DNA of 64,000 bases from an uncultured cyanobacterium (GTDB lineage Bacteria; Cyanobacteriota; Cyanobacteriia; Pseudanabaenales; Pseudanabaenaceae). The first letter of the stretch is position 1, and each line of letters begins with the position of its first letter. Position numbers and translations under genes: made by a program. Positions 1-10,123 of this stretch are shown here, one piece after another. A model generated the notes under the pieces. It was not told where the DNA came from. It saw only the letters and a program-made list of their open reading frames with translations, and ran no database searches. Where the stretch lies: positions 864,001 to 928,000 of the forward strand of contig OY969811.1 in assembly GCA_963703315.1 (NCBI GenBank), in the 5' to 3' direction.

Positions 1-336
1 TCGACATCAATACAGTCCCTCAGCCTGACGGAAACTCAACGCATTCAAATTGTAGAAATCATTAGTGGTAAAAGTACTTCTAGCTCTCTGATCAGTACTA
101 GTTTGCGTCAGCAAATCTTTGCTCAAGTCAAGTCTCTACCACCAGGGATTCAGAAAAAACTAGCTCGTGGCAAGGGCTTGCCCCCAGGAATTGCGAAGAA
201 AGTCTTACTGCCTGTTACGGTGGTGAACTACGTCAATTTACCTCCTAACACCAATCTAATTGTCGTTGGGTCTAATGTAATTGTGATTGATCCCATCAGA
301 AATATCGTTCTCGATATGATCTCGAATATTCTCTAA
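1..336 (+). CDS. Partial (5' truncated) protein with LPPGxxKK motifs, RcnB/CigR-like
   Basis: Frame is open from base 1; LPPGIQKKLARGKGLPPGIAKK motif followed by a short beta-rich tail. Confidence 0.6.
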   Translation, partial: STSIQSLSLTETQRIQIVEIISGKSTSSSLISTSLRQQIFAQVKSLPPGIQKKLARGKGLPPGIAKKVLLPVTVVNYVNLPPNTNLIVVGSNVIVIDPIRNIVLDMISNIL

Positions 337-347
337 TACCAATTCAC

Positions 348-384
348 AAAAGAAGAGGCGGCGCTTTGCGCCGCCTCTTCTTTT
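348..384. terminator. Palindromic hairpin, probable bidirectional terminator
   Basis: AAAAGAAGAGGCGGCGC-TTT-GCGCCGCCTCTTCTTTT between convergent genes. Confidence 0.75.
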
Positions 385-1411
385 AGTCCATATCATCAAG
401 CTTGATGCGTGGATCAACAGCTTTGAGGAGTAAGTCACCAATGAGATTCCCGACGACTAGCATCAAAGTTCCCAACATCAATCCAGCCATCACTAAATTA
501 GTATCTTTTTCTTTAGTTGCATCCAACAGTAATTTACCTAAACCAGGCCAACTAAAGAAGAACTCTGTAATAAATGCACCACCGAGCAATCCTGCAAACT
601 CAAATCCTAGCAAAGTAATGAGGGGATTAATGGCATTACGGAGCGCATGAACATAAATTACTTTGCCTTCAGGCAATCCTTTAGCACGGGCAGTTTTGAT
701 ATAGTCTTGACGCAAGACATCTAGCAAGCTGCCCCGCATGATTCTTTGCAATCCTGCAAAACTGACGATGGTGAGAGTCAAGATTGGTAAAATCATGTGA
801 TGACTGATATCTAAGAATTTTCCGAAGGGGGAGAGATCAGAAAAATTGATGCTAGTCATGCCACCAACGGGAAACCATCCTGTATTTTGAGCCACCATCA
901 ATAACAGAATTGCTAATACAAAACTGGGAAATCCTTGGGTGGCATAGCTCAATATTTGGATCAGGCGATCGCTCCAAGTGTTTTGCTTAACGGCGCTATA
1001 AATGCCGAGGGGAATCGCTAATAGCCATGTGGTTATTAAAGAAGCGATCGACATTATTAAGGTATTGCCAGCCCGTTCGACAATTAATGGCGTAACAGGT
1101 GATAGCCCTTGACAACGAACTCCCAAATTCCCGTTTAAAGCATTTTGCAACCATAGCAAGTACTGCTGCTCTACAGGTTTGTCGTAGTTAAGTTGTTTTT
1201 CTAACTGCTCAATGATCTTTTTGGGTGTGCTGGGATTATTTCTTAGTTCAGCAAAGCAATTTGAGGGAGATTTAGTGATTGCAACAAAGCTTAAGATTGA
1301 TACAAAAAAAACGACTATAACCGCTTGTCCCAGTCGCTTTACCACAAATTCTGTTGTGTCATTAAAAATAAAGCGCCAGAAAGATCGATTTCCTGTGTTT
1401 ACAGTCGCCAT
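383..1411 (-). CDS. Peptide/nickel ABC transporter permease (OppB/DppB type)
   Basis: EAA loop DYIKTARAKGL, HALRNA, FSWPGLG, C-terminal DPRI. Confidence 0.92.
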   Translation of the reverse strand: MATVNTGNRSFWRFIFNDTTEFVVKRLGQAVIVVFFVSILSFVAITKSPSNCFAELRNNPSTPKKIIEQLEKQLNYDKPVEQQYLLWLQNALNGNLGVRCQGLSPVTPLIVERAGNTLIMSIASLITTWLLAIPLGIYSAVKQNTWSDRLIQILSYATQGFPSFVLAILLLMVAQNTGWFPVGGMTSINFSDLSPFGKFLDISHHMILPILTLTIVSFAGLQRIMRGSLLDVLRQDYIKTARAKGLPEGKVIYVHALRNAINPLITLLGFEFAGLLGGAFITEFFFSWPGLGKLLLDATKEKDTNLVMAGLMLGTLMLVVGNLIGDLLLKAVDPRIKLDDMD

Positions 1412-1454
1412 AAGTTAAGGTTGCCGCTTGATCAATTTTTGTTCTCTTACCATT

Positions 1455-1509
1455 TTATAGCTAAGCGAAAAGAGAGTTGCGCCGCAACTCTCTTTTCGCT
1501 TAGCTATAA
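1455..1509. repeat. Perfect palindrome with 27-bp arms (REP/MITE-derived)
   Basis: TTATAGCTAAGCGAAAAGAGAGTTGCG-C-CGCAACTCTCTTTTCGCTTAGCTATAA; related to the hairpin at 46563-46615. Confidence 0.85.
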
Positions 1510-1518
1510 GGGAATATT

Positions 1519-2412
1519 CTAACGGAAGCGCGATCGCCAAATTCGTTGATATTCACTGTCATTCAAACCACCCGAAGTATTCATATTATTGGCTTGAATG
1601 GTTTGATTAAGTGCGGAAATTCGCTCATCAGTGCCAGGGTGACTGCTTAAAAATGCAGGAGCGCCACCAGAACTAGATAGCTTTTGCATAAATGCAGGCA
1701 TAGCTCTTGCTGCAAAACCTGCTTTGGTGATGTTGAGCAAGCCTCGGCGATCGGCATCAAACTCAGCTTCTCGACTGTTTGGTAAACGTAGAGCCAGATC
1801 CACACCAATACCAATTAGGCGATCGTCAGCCACCCCTGCGATTGTGGCGATCCCTTGCGCGATCGCCATCTGTTTCATTTGCTCTAGGGAATGACGACCT
1901 GTAATATGCCCTATTTCGTGACCGATGACGCTAGCCAATTGCGCTACATTATCAGCCGCCGCGATTGTCCCAGTATTAATGTAAACGAAGCCGCCCATTG
2001 TCGCAAAGGCATTGAGATTTTTGTCATCAACTACGCGAAAAGTATAAGGAATATTGGGGCGATCGCTACTTGGTACAAGGATTTGTCCTAATCGACTTAC
2101 TAAAGCATTGGCGGCGGGATCGCGACTAAGCCTTACTTCTTGCTGAATCTGCTGATCAATTTGGCGACCTAGCCCTACTTCGTCATTATCCCCAATGCTA
2201 GAAAGCTGAATAATTTGAATAGCGGAGGGCAAAATCCGAAATAGGTCAGATAAGTCGAAAGCACTGGCAATTAGAGGATTAAGAGTAACTGCTAAGGTTA
2301 AAGACATCAGTGCCGCGATCGCAAATCTCCAATAGCGTTGCATTTTTTGTTTAATAGCTATGGCGAATTTCTGACTACTTGCATTTGATAATTTAGGGAT
2401 CAGTATTTTCAT
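1519..2412 (-). CDS. M48 family metallopeptidase, exported
   Basis: NAFATMGG, HEIGH zinc motif, SREAEFDAD, SSHP; N-terminal signal-like segment. Confidence 0.92.
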   Translation of the reverse strand: MKILIPKLSNASSQKFAIAIKQKMQRYWRFAIAALMSLTLAVTLNPLIASAFDLSDLFRILPSAIQIIQLSSIGDNDEVGLGRQIDQQIQQEVRLSRDPAANALVSRLGQILVPSSDRPNIPYTFRVVDDKNLNAFATMGGFVYINTGTIAAADNVAQLASVIGHEIGHITGRHSLEQMKQMAIAQGIATIAGVADDRLIGIGVDLALRLPNSREAEFDADRRGLLNITKAGFAARAMPAFMQKLSSSGGAPAFLSSHPGTDERISALNQTIQANNMNTSGGLNDSEYQRIWRSRFR

Positions 2413-2636
2413 ATTTCGAGTACCTTACGCTTTACCTATCTTAATTATTTAGCGGCTTTGTAAAATCTTCAGGCTACATCCCCACCACTAGAGCCAACAT
2501 TGCCCAATAACAATATTGACTTGATTGACGTTTAATTTACTGAAAAAGTTGCAAAAGTTGATCTCTTAGATTCGATAGACAGATTTTTGGTGATTTCTAC
2601 TATAATTAGCTATAGCTAGAAGTAAGTTGGTAAATT

Positions 2637-3608
2637 ATGTTTCTTACCGCCCCCAAACCTGATCAAACTATCCACAACGCTATTCCGCAAGACCTATTTG
2701 CCGCGATCGCTGATCTCAAGAAAGAACTGAATGCCGTAATTTTGGCGCATTATTACCAAGATCCCGATCTTCAAGATATTGCAGACTATATTGGCGATTC
2801 TCTAGGACTGTCACAAGCTGCCGTTAATTGCCAAGCGGACGTGATCGTATTTCTGGGTGTACATTTCATGGCAGAAACCGCCAAGATATTAAACCCTAAC
2901 AAATTAGTATTGCTACCCGATCTAGACGCAGGTTGCTCCCTTGCTGATAGTTGTCCCCCCGATCGCTTTGCCGCATTCAAAGCAGCCCATCCCGATCATT
3001 TGGTGATTTCCTACATAAATTGCTCAGCCGAGATTAAAGCTCTCAGCGATATTATTTGTACTAGCTCTAATGCAGTGGCGATCGTCAATCAAATCCCTAA
3101 TGATCAGCCTATTATTTTCGCACCCGATCGCAATCTGGGTAGATACGTCAGCGAACAAACAGGACGCGAGCTTTTGTTATGGGATGGTGCTTGCATGGTT
3201 CATGAAATTTTTTCGGAACGCAAGCTCATAGACCTGAAAGTAAGTCATCCCCAAGCCGATATCATTGCTCACCCTGAATGTGAGTCCAATGTATTACGTC
3301 ATGCAGATTTTATTGGTTCTACCACTGGCTTACTTAAATATGCACAGAAAAGCGATCGCCTAGAATTTATTGTCGTCACGGAGTCTGGCGTAATTCACCA
3401 AATGCAAAAAGCGGCTCCATTGAAAAAATTTATCCCCGCGCCCCCGACTAGCAATTGTGCCTGTAACGAATGTCCCTATATGCGTCTCAATACCTTAGAA
3501 AAGGTATATCTATCGATGAAAAATCGTTCTCCTGAGATCATTATCGAAGAGTCAATTCGTAAAGCAGCACTCAAACCTATGCAAAGGATGCTCGAAATGT
3601 CTGTGTGA
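2637..3608 (+). CDS. nadA: Quinolinate synthase
   Basis: [31 protein letters not shown] motifs. Confidence 0.97.
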   Translation: MFLTAPKPDQTIHNAIPQDLFAAIADLKKELNAVILAHYYQDPDLQDIADYIGDSLGLSQAAVNCQADVIVFLGVHFMAETAKILNPNKLVLLPDLDAGCSLADSCPPDRFAAFKAAHPDHLVISYINCSAEIKALSDIICTSSNAVAIVNQIPNDQPIIFAPDRNLGRYVSEQTGRELLLWDGACMVHEIFSERKLIDLKVSHPQADIIAHPECESNVLRHADFIGSTTGLLKYAQKSDRLEFIVVTESGVIHQMQKAAPLKKFIPAPPTSNCACNECPYMRLNTLEKVYLSMKNRSPEIIIEESIRKAALKPMQRMLEMSV

Positions 3609-3630
3609 AATTGATCACAAATCCAAGGTT

Positions 3631-3804
3631 TTAGCCATAAAGACTGATATTTTCTTTAGCCGCAAGGTGCTTATATTGCTGATGATTAATCATTAATTCA
3701 TCTAAAAGTTTTTGAACTAGAGTCCAATCAGCGAAACCATGATTAGTTTCAGCGATAATTTGTTGACGTAAGGTTCTAATTTTGTGGAGGTTATCTTGTG
3801 TCAT
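3631..3804 (-). CDS. Small hypothetical protein, 57 aa (absent from the ORF track)
   Basis: Hand translation MTQDNLHKIRTLRQQIIAETNHGFADWTLVQKLLDELMINHQQYKHLAAKENISLYG*; fills an otherwise empty gap; amphipathic helical pattern. Confidence 0.6.
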   Translation of the reverse strand: MTQDNLHKIRTLRQQIIAETNHGFADWTLVQKLLDELMINHQQYKHLAAKENISLYG

Positions 3805-3905
3805 AAGATTTTATTTTGTCTTTTAATCCTATCTGCCTAAATATCTACCACTTTTACTATCTAGTTTTTAGTATCGTAGAACTCAAAGTCAAAAATAAAT
3901 TTCAG

Positions 3906-3993
3906 AATATAAAACCCAAAAAACCTGTGGCACACGCCTAGCGTGTGCCACAGGTTTTTTGGGTTTTATATTTTAATTGCGCCTAGCTACTTA
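3906..3993. mobile_element. MITE-like repeat of the ACCTGTGGC..GCCACAGGT hairpin family; left end degraded
   Basis: Long palindrome 3906-3972 followed by TTAATTGCGCCTAGCTACTTA, matching the ends of copies at 44699 and 53242. Confidence 0.7.
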
Positions 3994-4091
3994 AACCTCA
4001 CCTTGATCGTCGCAGCAATGGCATACTGAGAGGTGAAAAGCACTTATGCCGATTATCTACCTTTTATTTCTAGATCAGAAAATCTAAATTA

Positions 4092-4355
4092 ATGCTCATG
4101 TACACAATTGAAATCATTCTCAAAAATAACCCGATCGCTTTGTCTGTACAGCGCAAGGAACAAGAAAATGCTGAGGCGCTTTATCGTGAAATTGCTAGTG
4201 CGATCGCCGAAAGTAATACTAAAGTCTTGGAATTAACCTGCGAAAAGCAAGAGGGCAAAAAAGTTTCTGTCATTACTAGCGAAATTACTGCTGTCCAAAT
4301 ATCTGACAAGTCGGGAACCTCAGCTAATCTTGGCGCTGGTTTTGTGCGCGGCTAG
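4092..4355 (+). CDS. Conserved cyanobacterial hypothetical protein (UPF0367-like)
   Basis: LSVQRK...AEALY...LELTCEK pattern. Confidence 0.75.
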   Translation: MLMYTIEIILKNNPIALSVQRKEQENAEALYREIASAIAESNTKVLELTCEKQEGKKVSVITSEITAVQISDKSGTSANLGAGFVRG

Positions 4356-4447
4356 TAGCTAACCATAAAATTAGAGATAACACAAAGCGCTATCTCTAAT
4401 TTTATGGATTTTTCCTAAATATATTTAGCCATTATTCGCAATTAACA

Positions 4448-5128
4448 ATGCTCACTGATCAATCTGTAACTACTGCCATTAGTGTTCGCAACCTTAACTT
4501 TGCTTGGGCATCAGGTGAAACAATTCTCGATCGCTGCACCTTGTCAGTTCCTAAAGGTGAATTTTGGATGCTATTAGGCACTAATGGCAGTGGTAAATCA
4601 ACTTTGCTGAGACTATTAGCAGGCTTACTCAAACCTAAATCTGGTGATATTGAGATCAGCGATCGCGTGGGTTTTGTTTTTCAAAATCCTGATCATCAAT
4701 TAGTTATGCCAACAGTGGGTGCAGATATTGCCTTTGGGTTAGTATCCGAAAATCTTTCCTATCGCGAAACCTACCAACGAGTTGAAGAATCTCTCAGTGC
4801 GGTGAATCTCTCCCAAATGATCCGCCGCCCTATTTATGCTCTTAGCGGTGGGCAAAAACAACGGGTCGCGATCGCAGGGGCGATCGCGCGTCATGCTGAA
4901 GTTTTATTACTGGATGAACCAACGGCTTTGTTAGATGGCGATAACCAGATCGATCTAGTTGCCTCAGTTCGTGATTTGGTTAAACAAAAAAATCTGACGG
5001 CTCTATGGGTAACGCATCGATTAAATGAGCTTGATTATGCTGATGGAGCATTTTTATTAGAGCATGGTCAAGTAGTTGATCAAGGTGAGCCGATGCGACT
5101 AAAACAAGTATTGCTAGAGCGTAGTTAG
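4448..5128 (+). CDS. ECF/CbiO-type ABC ATP-binding protein
   Basis: GTNGSGKS, VFQNPDHQ, LSGGQKQR, LLLDEPT. Confidence 0.92.
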   Translation: MLTDQSVTTAISVRNLNFAWASGETILDRCTLSVPKGEFWMLLGTNGSGKSTLLRLLAGLLKPKSGDIEISDRVGFVFQNPDHQLVMPTVGADIAFGLVSENLSYRETYQRVEESLSAVNLSQMIRRPIYALSGGQKQRVAIAGAIARHAEVLLLDEPTALLDGDNQIDLVASVRDLVKQKNLTALWVTHRLNELDYADGAFLLEHGQVVDQGEPMRLKQVLLERS

Positions 5129-5245
5129 ACTGTAACCTCAACTTTGAATTAAAAAAGACTTAAAATCAAGGTATGGCAAGAAATTCTGATAATGTGGACA
5201 AATCTTTTTACATATTAAAACCAAAATTCAAATTCATAACACCTC

Positions 5246-6316
5246 ATGCAAGGCACGCTCAGAGAAATTGACGTACATACCATCATTCACCTCATCGAGT
5301 TTGGACAAAGAACTGGGGAGCTATTGATTGAGTCTAGTCTAGGAAAATTCTGGTTTTTGTTTTTTGATAATGGCGAACTGATCTACGCGACTGACACTGA
5401 CAGTAAGCTAACAAGACTGCGAGATTACTTATATGGACTAGGTTTAGCACATACACTTGATAGCCTAGAAACTTCCAAGTTAGGTATTAATGTCTTGGAG
5501 TATGGGCAGATTTGGGCATTGCTCAAGTCTAAGCTCTTAAATCCTGATCAAGCTAAGTTAATTCTGAAAAATACGATTCGAGAAGTGCTTTTTGATATTT
5601 TTGGTCTCTATCAAGGCACTTTTGTCTTTGAAATTAGCCCCGTACTTACTCCAAAGTTAACCAAGCTCAAATTTTCGGAAATTAGCTCCGAATATTCACG
5701 ACAACTACAGGCATGGAAGCAGTTTTATCCAGTTATCCAGTCGATTAATCAATGTCCGATCCTAATATATGAGGGTGCGCTACCACATTTACAGACTTGG
5801 ATCAATGGTGAAACAACAATCCGTCAATTATCTCGATACTCAGGTCTAGATATTACTGAAGTCGGAGAATCGATCTATGAGGCGATCGGGCTTGGGCAGA
5901 TTGCAATTACACCACTAGCGATGAGTGCGCCCCAACAAGTTAAAGTGCAATCTCCAAGAATCTTGTGTATTGATGATAGTGTCACCATTTGCCGTGCCGT
6001 TGAATATATCCTGCACAATCACGGTTTTCAAGTTATGGCAGTTTCTAGCCCCACCAAAGCATTAAGCCTAATTTTTCAGCATAAACCTGATCTGATTTTG
6101 TGTGATATCACCATGCCAGAGATCGATGGCTATGAACTATGTGGAATGCTCCGTAAATCTAGCGCTTTTGCCAAAGTCCCGATCATCATGCTAACGGGCA
6201 AAGATGGCTTCATCGATCGCGTCAAAGCAAGGATGGTTGGTGCTACTGAATATTTAACTAAACCCTTTGGCGAAAAAGAATTACTTACAACGGTAGAAAA
6301 ATACTGTAAAAGATAG
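5246..6316 (+). CDS. PatA-family response regulator (PATAN/DUF4388 + REC)
   Basis: MQGTLREID...QRTGEL N-terminus; C-terminal receiver domain CIDDS..DITMP..YLTKPF. Confidence 0.88.
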   Translation: MQGTLREIDVHTIIHLIEFGQRTGELLIESSLGKFWFLFFDNGELIYATDTDSKLTRLRDYLYGLGLAHTLDSLETSKLGINVLEYGQIWALLKSKLLNPDQAKLILKNTIREVLFDIFGLYQGTFVFEISPVLTPKLTKLKFSEISSEYSRQLQAWKQFYPVIQSINQCPILIYEGALPHLQTWINGETTIRQLSRYSGLDITEVGESIYEAIGLGQIAITPLAMSAPQQVKVQSPRILCIDDSVTICRAVEYILHNHGFQVMAVSSPTKALSLIFQHKPDLILCDITMPEIDGYELCGMLRKSSAFAKVPIIMLTGKDGFIDRVKARMVGATEYLTKPFGEKELLTTVEKYCKR

Positions 6317-6363
6317 ATAGGCGATTCGCCGATAGATGACAAATAACATACTGTAGCAGAAAA

Positions 6364-7521
6364 TTAGCTTAAATCTAATGCAGTAATTTCTTTTAGTTGA
6401 TGACAAAAATTTGTCCATTCTTTTTCAAAAGAAACATAATTCTTGCAAAATGTCAAACAGTTTTGGGAATATAGGCTTCTATTATGTAATATCTTTTTTA
6501 CGGCACGGGGGATTTCTACTGGATGATTTACTAAAAATCCTAATTTCTCTTCTTCTATAAATTTCAAAGATGACAAATTAGACGCAATAACTGGTGAACC
6601 ATATACTAAACTTCGCATTAACTTACCTGAAGAAAATCCAATATATTCAATATTAGGACCACTATTGCGATAGAGAGCAAAATTTGCGGAACAGTAGGAA
6701 ACAAGGGAGTTTAGAGTGGTATCAGGCATTGGCTCTAAGCTCCATACGACTCTATTGGGAATATTTAAATGTGCAAGTTCTTGCCTATATTTCAATAACC
6801 CTTCAGTGGCTCGACTATGAATAATTAAGATAGTTTTTTCTTCCCAGTAAGGAACACTAGATAAAAGTTCAGGAATTTGCGCCCAATCAGCAACAGAACC
6901 AGCGTGTAAAAATGGAATATAACCTATAGGAATATTTAAGCGCTGATGCCAATTTATATCTTCTATAGGTATTTTAATTGGAATATTTGGCAAAGAGGCA
7001 TAAGGCTTAGAGCCAATATTCAATTCTAATGATAATGGTAAAAATCTTTTTTCATCAGGCACAACAATTATTGTTGCTTTTTCAACTACTTTAGCTTCTA
7101 TTTGTGACCAAGTTTTATTTCCCCAACAACTTGGAAATTCATCATTGTAATAAATGAAAGGACAGTGACTCTGCTTAGCTATAATAGCTGCTATATAAGC
7201 TCCTATTTGCCCTAGTCCAAATACACATGAATAGTTTCTATATATCTGAAATTGAAAATAGAATAAGGAAGATTGTATTTTCGCTTTATTAAGTATTTTA
7301 TTAATTACAGAAGAATTATTAGTCTGCTTATAGTATTTTATTTTTATGTTTTTGGGTAATATTTGACTGTAATTTTTATTTGGATTTTCCCACAAAAACA
7401 AATCGACTTCCCAACCCGCATTAGCTAAAGCAATAACAGAATTTAATGCAAAAGGCATAGTTTCAATCCTTGCTGAGTTGCTTGAATGAGGATAATGAAT
7501 AAATGCAACTTTTTTTGACAT
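6364..7521 (-). CDS. Glycosyltransferase (GT4-like)
   Basis: SGKLMRSLVYGSPVIAS GT-B motif; lies in glycan cluster. Confidence 0.75.
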   Translation of the reverse strand: MSKKVAFIHYPHSSNSARIETMPFALNSVIALANAGWEVDLFLWENPNKNYSQILPKNIKIKYYKQTNNSSVINKILNKAKIQSSLFYFQFQIYRNYSCVFGLGQIGAYIAAIIAKQSHCPFIYYNDEFPSCWGNKTWSQIEAKVVEKATIIVVPDEKRFLPLSLELNIGSKPYASLPNIPIKIPIEDINWHQRLNIPIGYIPFLHAGSVADWAQIPELLSSVPYWEEKTILIIHSRATEGLLKYRQELAHLNIPNRVVWSLEPMPDTTLNSLVSYCSANFALYRNSGPNIEYIGFSSGKLMRSLVYGSPVIASNLSSLKFIEEEKLGFLVNHPVEIPRAVKKILHNRSLYSQNCLTFCKNYVSFEKEWTNFCHQLKEITALDLS

Positions 7522-7527
7522 ATAGAA

Positions 7528-8295
7528 TCACCCCGTAGCAATAAAGTAAACACCCCAAGTATTAAAACCAGTAGTTTTACTTGTTAACCATTCGCCTCGT
7601 TCGATTAAACTTAATTTAACTTGATTTAAGTAAAAATTTAATTCGGGTTGAAAAAGATAGCGCATTGTGTGAGTTTCTCTAAGTTCATCAACAGTACCAC
7701 TATCATTATCCTTAATAAAAATTTGATAATTCACATCTACACAATTTTTATTTGGGTAAATAACTGGTTCTGCAATACGAGTTATCTGAATTAGTTCATT
7801 TTCAAGACGTTTAACTCTAACTGCTGGTGGATCAGTTAATACGGCAGGACCATACCATACATCAAAAACAAAAATACCACCTTCCTTGAGATGGTCTTTA
7901 GCTGTAGCAAAGGCAGCTAATAAATCTTCATTAGTGGTTTGATAGCTAATTACATGAAATAGAGATATCACAACATCAAACTTTTGATTTAGTCTAACTT
8001 GACGAATATCACCATGAGTAAAAGTTAATTTTGAAGCTAACGATTGAGGTGATTGAGTGATGCGTTGATTAGCAATTTGTAACATTTCATAGCTAACATC
8101 TACGCCATGCACAACATAGCCTTCTTGTACTAATAGTGATGCATGATTACCAGTACCACAGCCAAGTTCCAAAATATTTTGACTTTCTGGTGCATGGGAT
8201 TGAATAAGATTATGAATAAACTTGGCTTCTCCAACATAATCTTTATCACGGTAGAGTAGGTCATAGTAACGAGCATAATTACCAAAAACACTCAT
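7528..8295 (-). CDS. Class I SAM-dependent methyltransferase (sugar modification)
   Basis: ILELGCGTG; YYDLLY..KDY N-terminus; overlaps the aminotransferase stop. Confidence 0.9.
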   Translation of the reverse strand: MSVFGNYARYYDLLYRDKDYVGEAKFIHNLIQSHAPESQNILELGCGTGNHASLLVQEGYVVHGVDVSYEMLQIANQRITQSPQSLASKLTFTHGDIRQVRLNQKFDVVISLFHVISYQTTNEDLLAAFATAKDHLKEGGIFVFDVWYGPAVLTDPPAVRVKRLENELIQITRIAEPVIYPNKNCVDVNYQIFIKDNDSGTVDELRETHTMRYLFQPELNFYLNQVKLSLIERGEWLTSKTTGFNTWGVYFIATG

Positions 8296-9407
8296 CGTAA
8301 AACCTCCCGCAAAGTACTAGCAACCTGACCTATTTGTGCTTCTGTTAATGCTAATCCACTAGGAACATAAAAACCACGACGGGCTAACTTTTCAGCAACA
8401 GGACAAGATGTTTCTTCAAATAGTCCCATTTTCTGAAATACAGGTTGTTCATGCATACACCAAAAGAATGGACGAGTTCCAACTTTATGATCAGCTAGCT
8501 TTTTCATTGCTGTTTCTGCATCAAAGGGAACTTCATCTTTTAAAACGATGCCATATACCCAGTAAATATTATCCGCATAGTCAGTTTTAGCTAATGGTAG
8601 TTGAATAATTGGGATATCTGCTAATAACTTAGTATAAATTTCCCCCATCTGACGTTTTTGTTGTACAAATTCATCTAAACGCTCTAATTGGGCTACTCCC
8701 AGAGCAGCTTGGAGGTTGCTCATCCGCATATTCCACCCTAACTCCTCATGGACAAAGCGCTTGTGAGGCTGAAAGCAAAGATTGCGTAGAGATTGACAAC
8801 GTTCGGCTAGTTTTGGATCGTTGGTGACGATCATGCCACCTTCACCAGTGGTGATATGTTTATTGGGGTAAAAGCTAAAGGTGCTGACATCGCCAAAACT
8901 ACCACAGGGACGACCTTTATAGGTTTGACCATGCATTTCGGCTGCGTCTTCAATGATCAATAACCCATATTTATCGGCAAGCTCAAGGATTGGGTCAACA
9001 TCTACGGGCAAGCCGTAGATATGGACGATCATGATTGCTTTGGTACGTGGGGTAATTTTTGACTCAATTTGGCTAACATCGATGTTCCAAGTGACAGGAT
9101 CGGCCTCGATGACAACTGGTACTGCACCAGCACGGACGATCGCTGCCGCACAAGAGATAATCGTGAATGTTGGTAAGATGACTTCATCGCCTTTAGTGAT
9201 ACCTAAAGCCGCGATCGCTGCATCCAGCGCGACTGAGCCATTACTAACAGCAATACCATATCGGCGATCGCATTTAGCCGCCATCATTTGTTCAAACTGT
9301 TTGACAAAGTTGCCTTCTGAGGAGATCCAACCTGTATCAATACATTGATTTAAGTATTTTTTTTCATTGCCATCTAGTAATGGTTCGTTAACAGGTATAA
9401 ATTCCAT
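8292..9407 (-). CDS. DegT/DnrJ/EryC1/StrS aminotransferase (perosamine synthetase-like)
   Basis: GWISSEG, IIEDAAE, SFYPNKHITTGEGG. Confidence 0.95.
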   Translation of the reverse strand: MEFIPVNEPLLDGNEKKYLNQCIDTGWISSEGNFVKQFEQMMAAKCDRRYGIAVSNGSVALDAAIAALGITKGDEVILPTFTIISCAAAIVRAGAVPVVIEADPVTWNIDVSQIESKITPRTKAIMIVHIYGLPVDVDPILELADKYGLLIIEDAAEMHGQTYKGRPCGSFGDVSTFSFYPNKHITTGEGGMIVTNDPKLAERCQSLRNLCFQPHKRFVHEELGWNMRMSNLQAALGVAQLERLDEFVQQKRQMGEIYTKLLADIPIIQLPLAKTDYADNIYWVYGIVLKDEVPFDAETAMKKLADHKVGTRPFFWCMHEQPVFQKMGLFEETSCPVAEKLARRGFYVPSGLALTEAQIGQVASTLREVLR

Positions 9408-9416
9408 TTACCATTC

Positions 9417-9731
9417 CTAAGCAATAGCTGGTTCTAAATAATGGGACAAGTTAGCCAAAACATCCAAATACCACCACCATTGCTTTGATGAAATATGATG
9501 TTGTTGACGATAATCAGCTAGGTTGATAAAGCGAGAAACTTCCTGATAAATCACTGTTGCATTAGCAATTAGCTTTTTATCAGCTTCCGATAAAATCTTC
9601 TGCTCTACAAGATTAATCTCCGATTCTACAATAGCAATTTTATCTCGAATCATTAATAGTTCGATTTGTTCAGCCCCACTGATATCTGGACAATCTAAAC
9701 TAAGATTATAAATTTCTAGAAGTCTATTCAT
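9417..9731 (-). CDS. Hypothetical helical protein, putative immunity/antitoxin (WWWYLD motif)
   Basis: 104 aa; 4-bp overlap with the upstream gene; acidic helical body with C-terminal QWWWYLD. Confidence 0.65.
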   Translation of the reverse strand: MNRLLEIYNLSLDCPDISGAEQIELLMIRDKIAIVESEINLVEQKILSEADKKLIANATVIYQEVSRFINLADYRQQHHISSKQWWWYLDVLANLSHYLEPAIA

Positions 9732-10114
9732 TTTAATAAATTCTCTAGGATTCCAAGATAAGTAAAAGCTGAATTGCTTAAATAAGTATCGGGGTTTTCA
9801 GGGGGAAAGGCTGTTTCTAAGATCCCGTCTATGCCAAGCATGACCAACCATAATTTATCGTCTATTGTGGATGTGAGGGTTGGATAAATTAAAGGCTGAT
9901 AACAATAGATATAGACATTTGCATGAGTATTGGTGAGAACCCGATGAATAACTTCTTCGTATGTTTCTATCGTAGCATTTTCGGGAAGATGTCCTAAGCT
10001 AATCCGTTTGCGTAAATGTGGGTATGCTTTACCTAATTTCCAAGTGACTTGCTTTTGAGCCTGAAGAATAGCATTGATTACTATGTCTAGGTCAAAAAAT
10101 TTTACATCTTCCAT
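9728..10114 (-). CDS. Hypothetical protein, putative BECR-fold RNase toxin
   Basis: 128 aa; HLRKR..GH helix, beta strands, GILETAFPP at the end of the last strand. Confidence 0.55.
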   Translation of the reverse strand: MEDVKFFDLDIVINAILQAQKQVTWKLGKAYPHLRKRISLGHLPENATIETYEEVIHRVLTNTHANVYIYCYQPLIYPTLTSTIDDKLWLVMLGIDGILETAFPPENPDTYLSNSAFTYLGILENLLK

Positions 10115-10123
10115 ACTTTAGAA

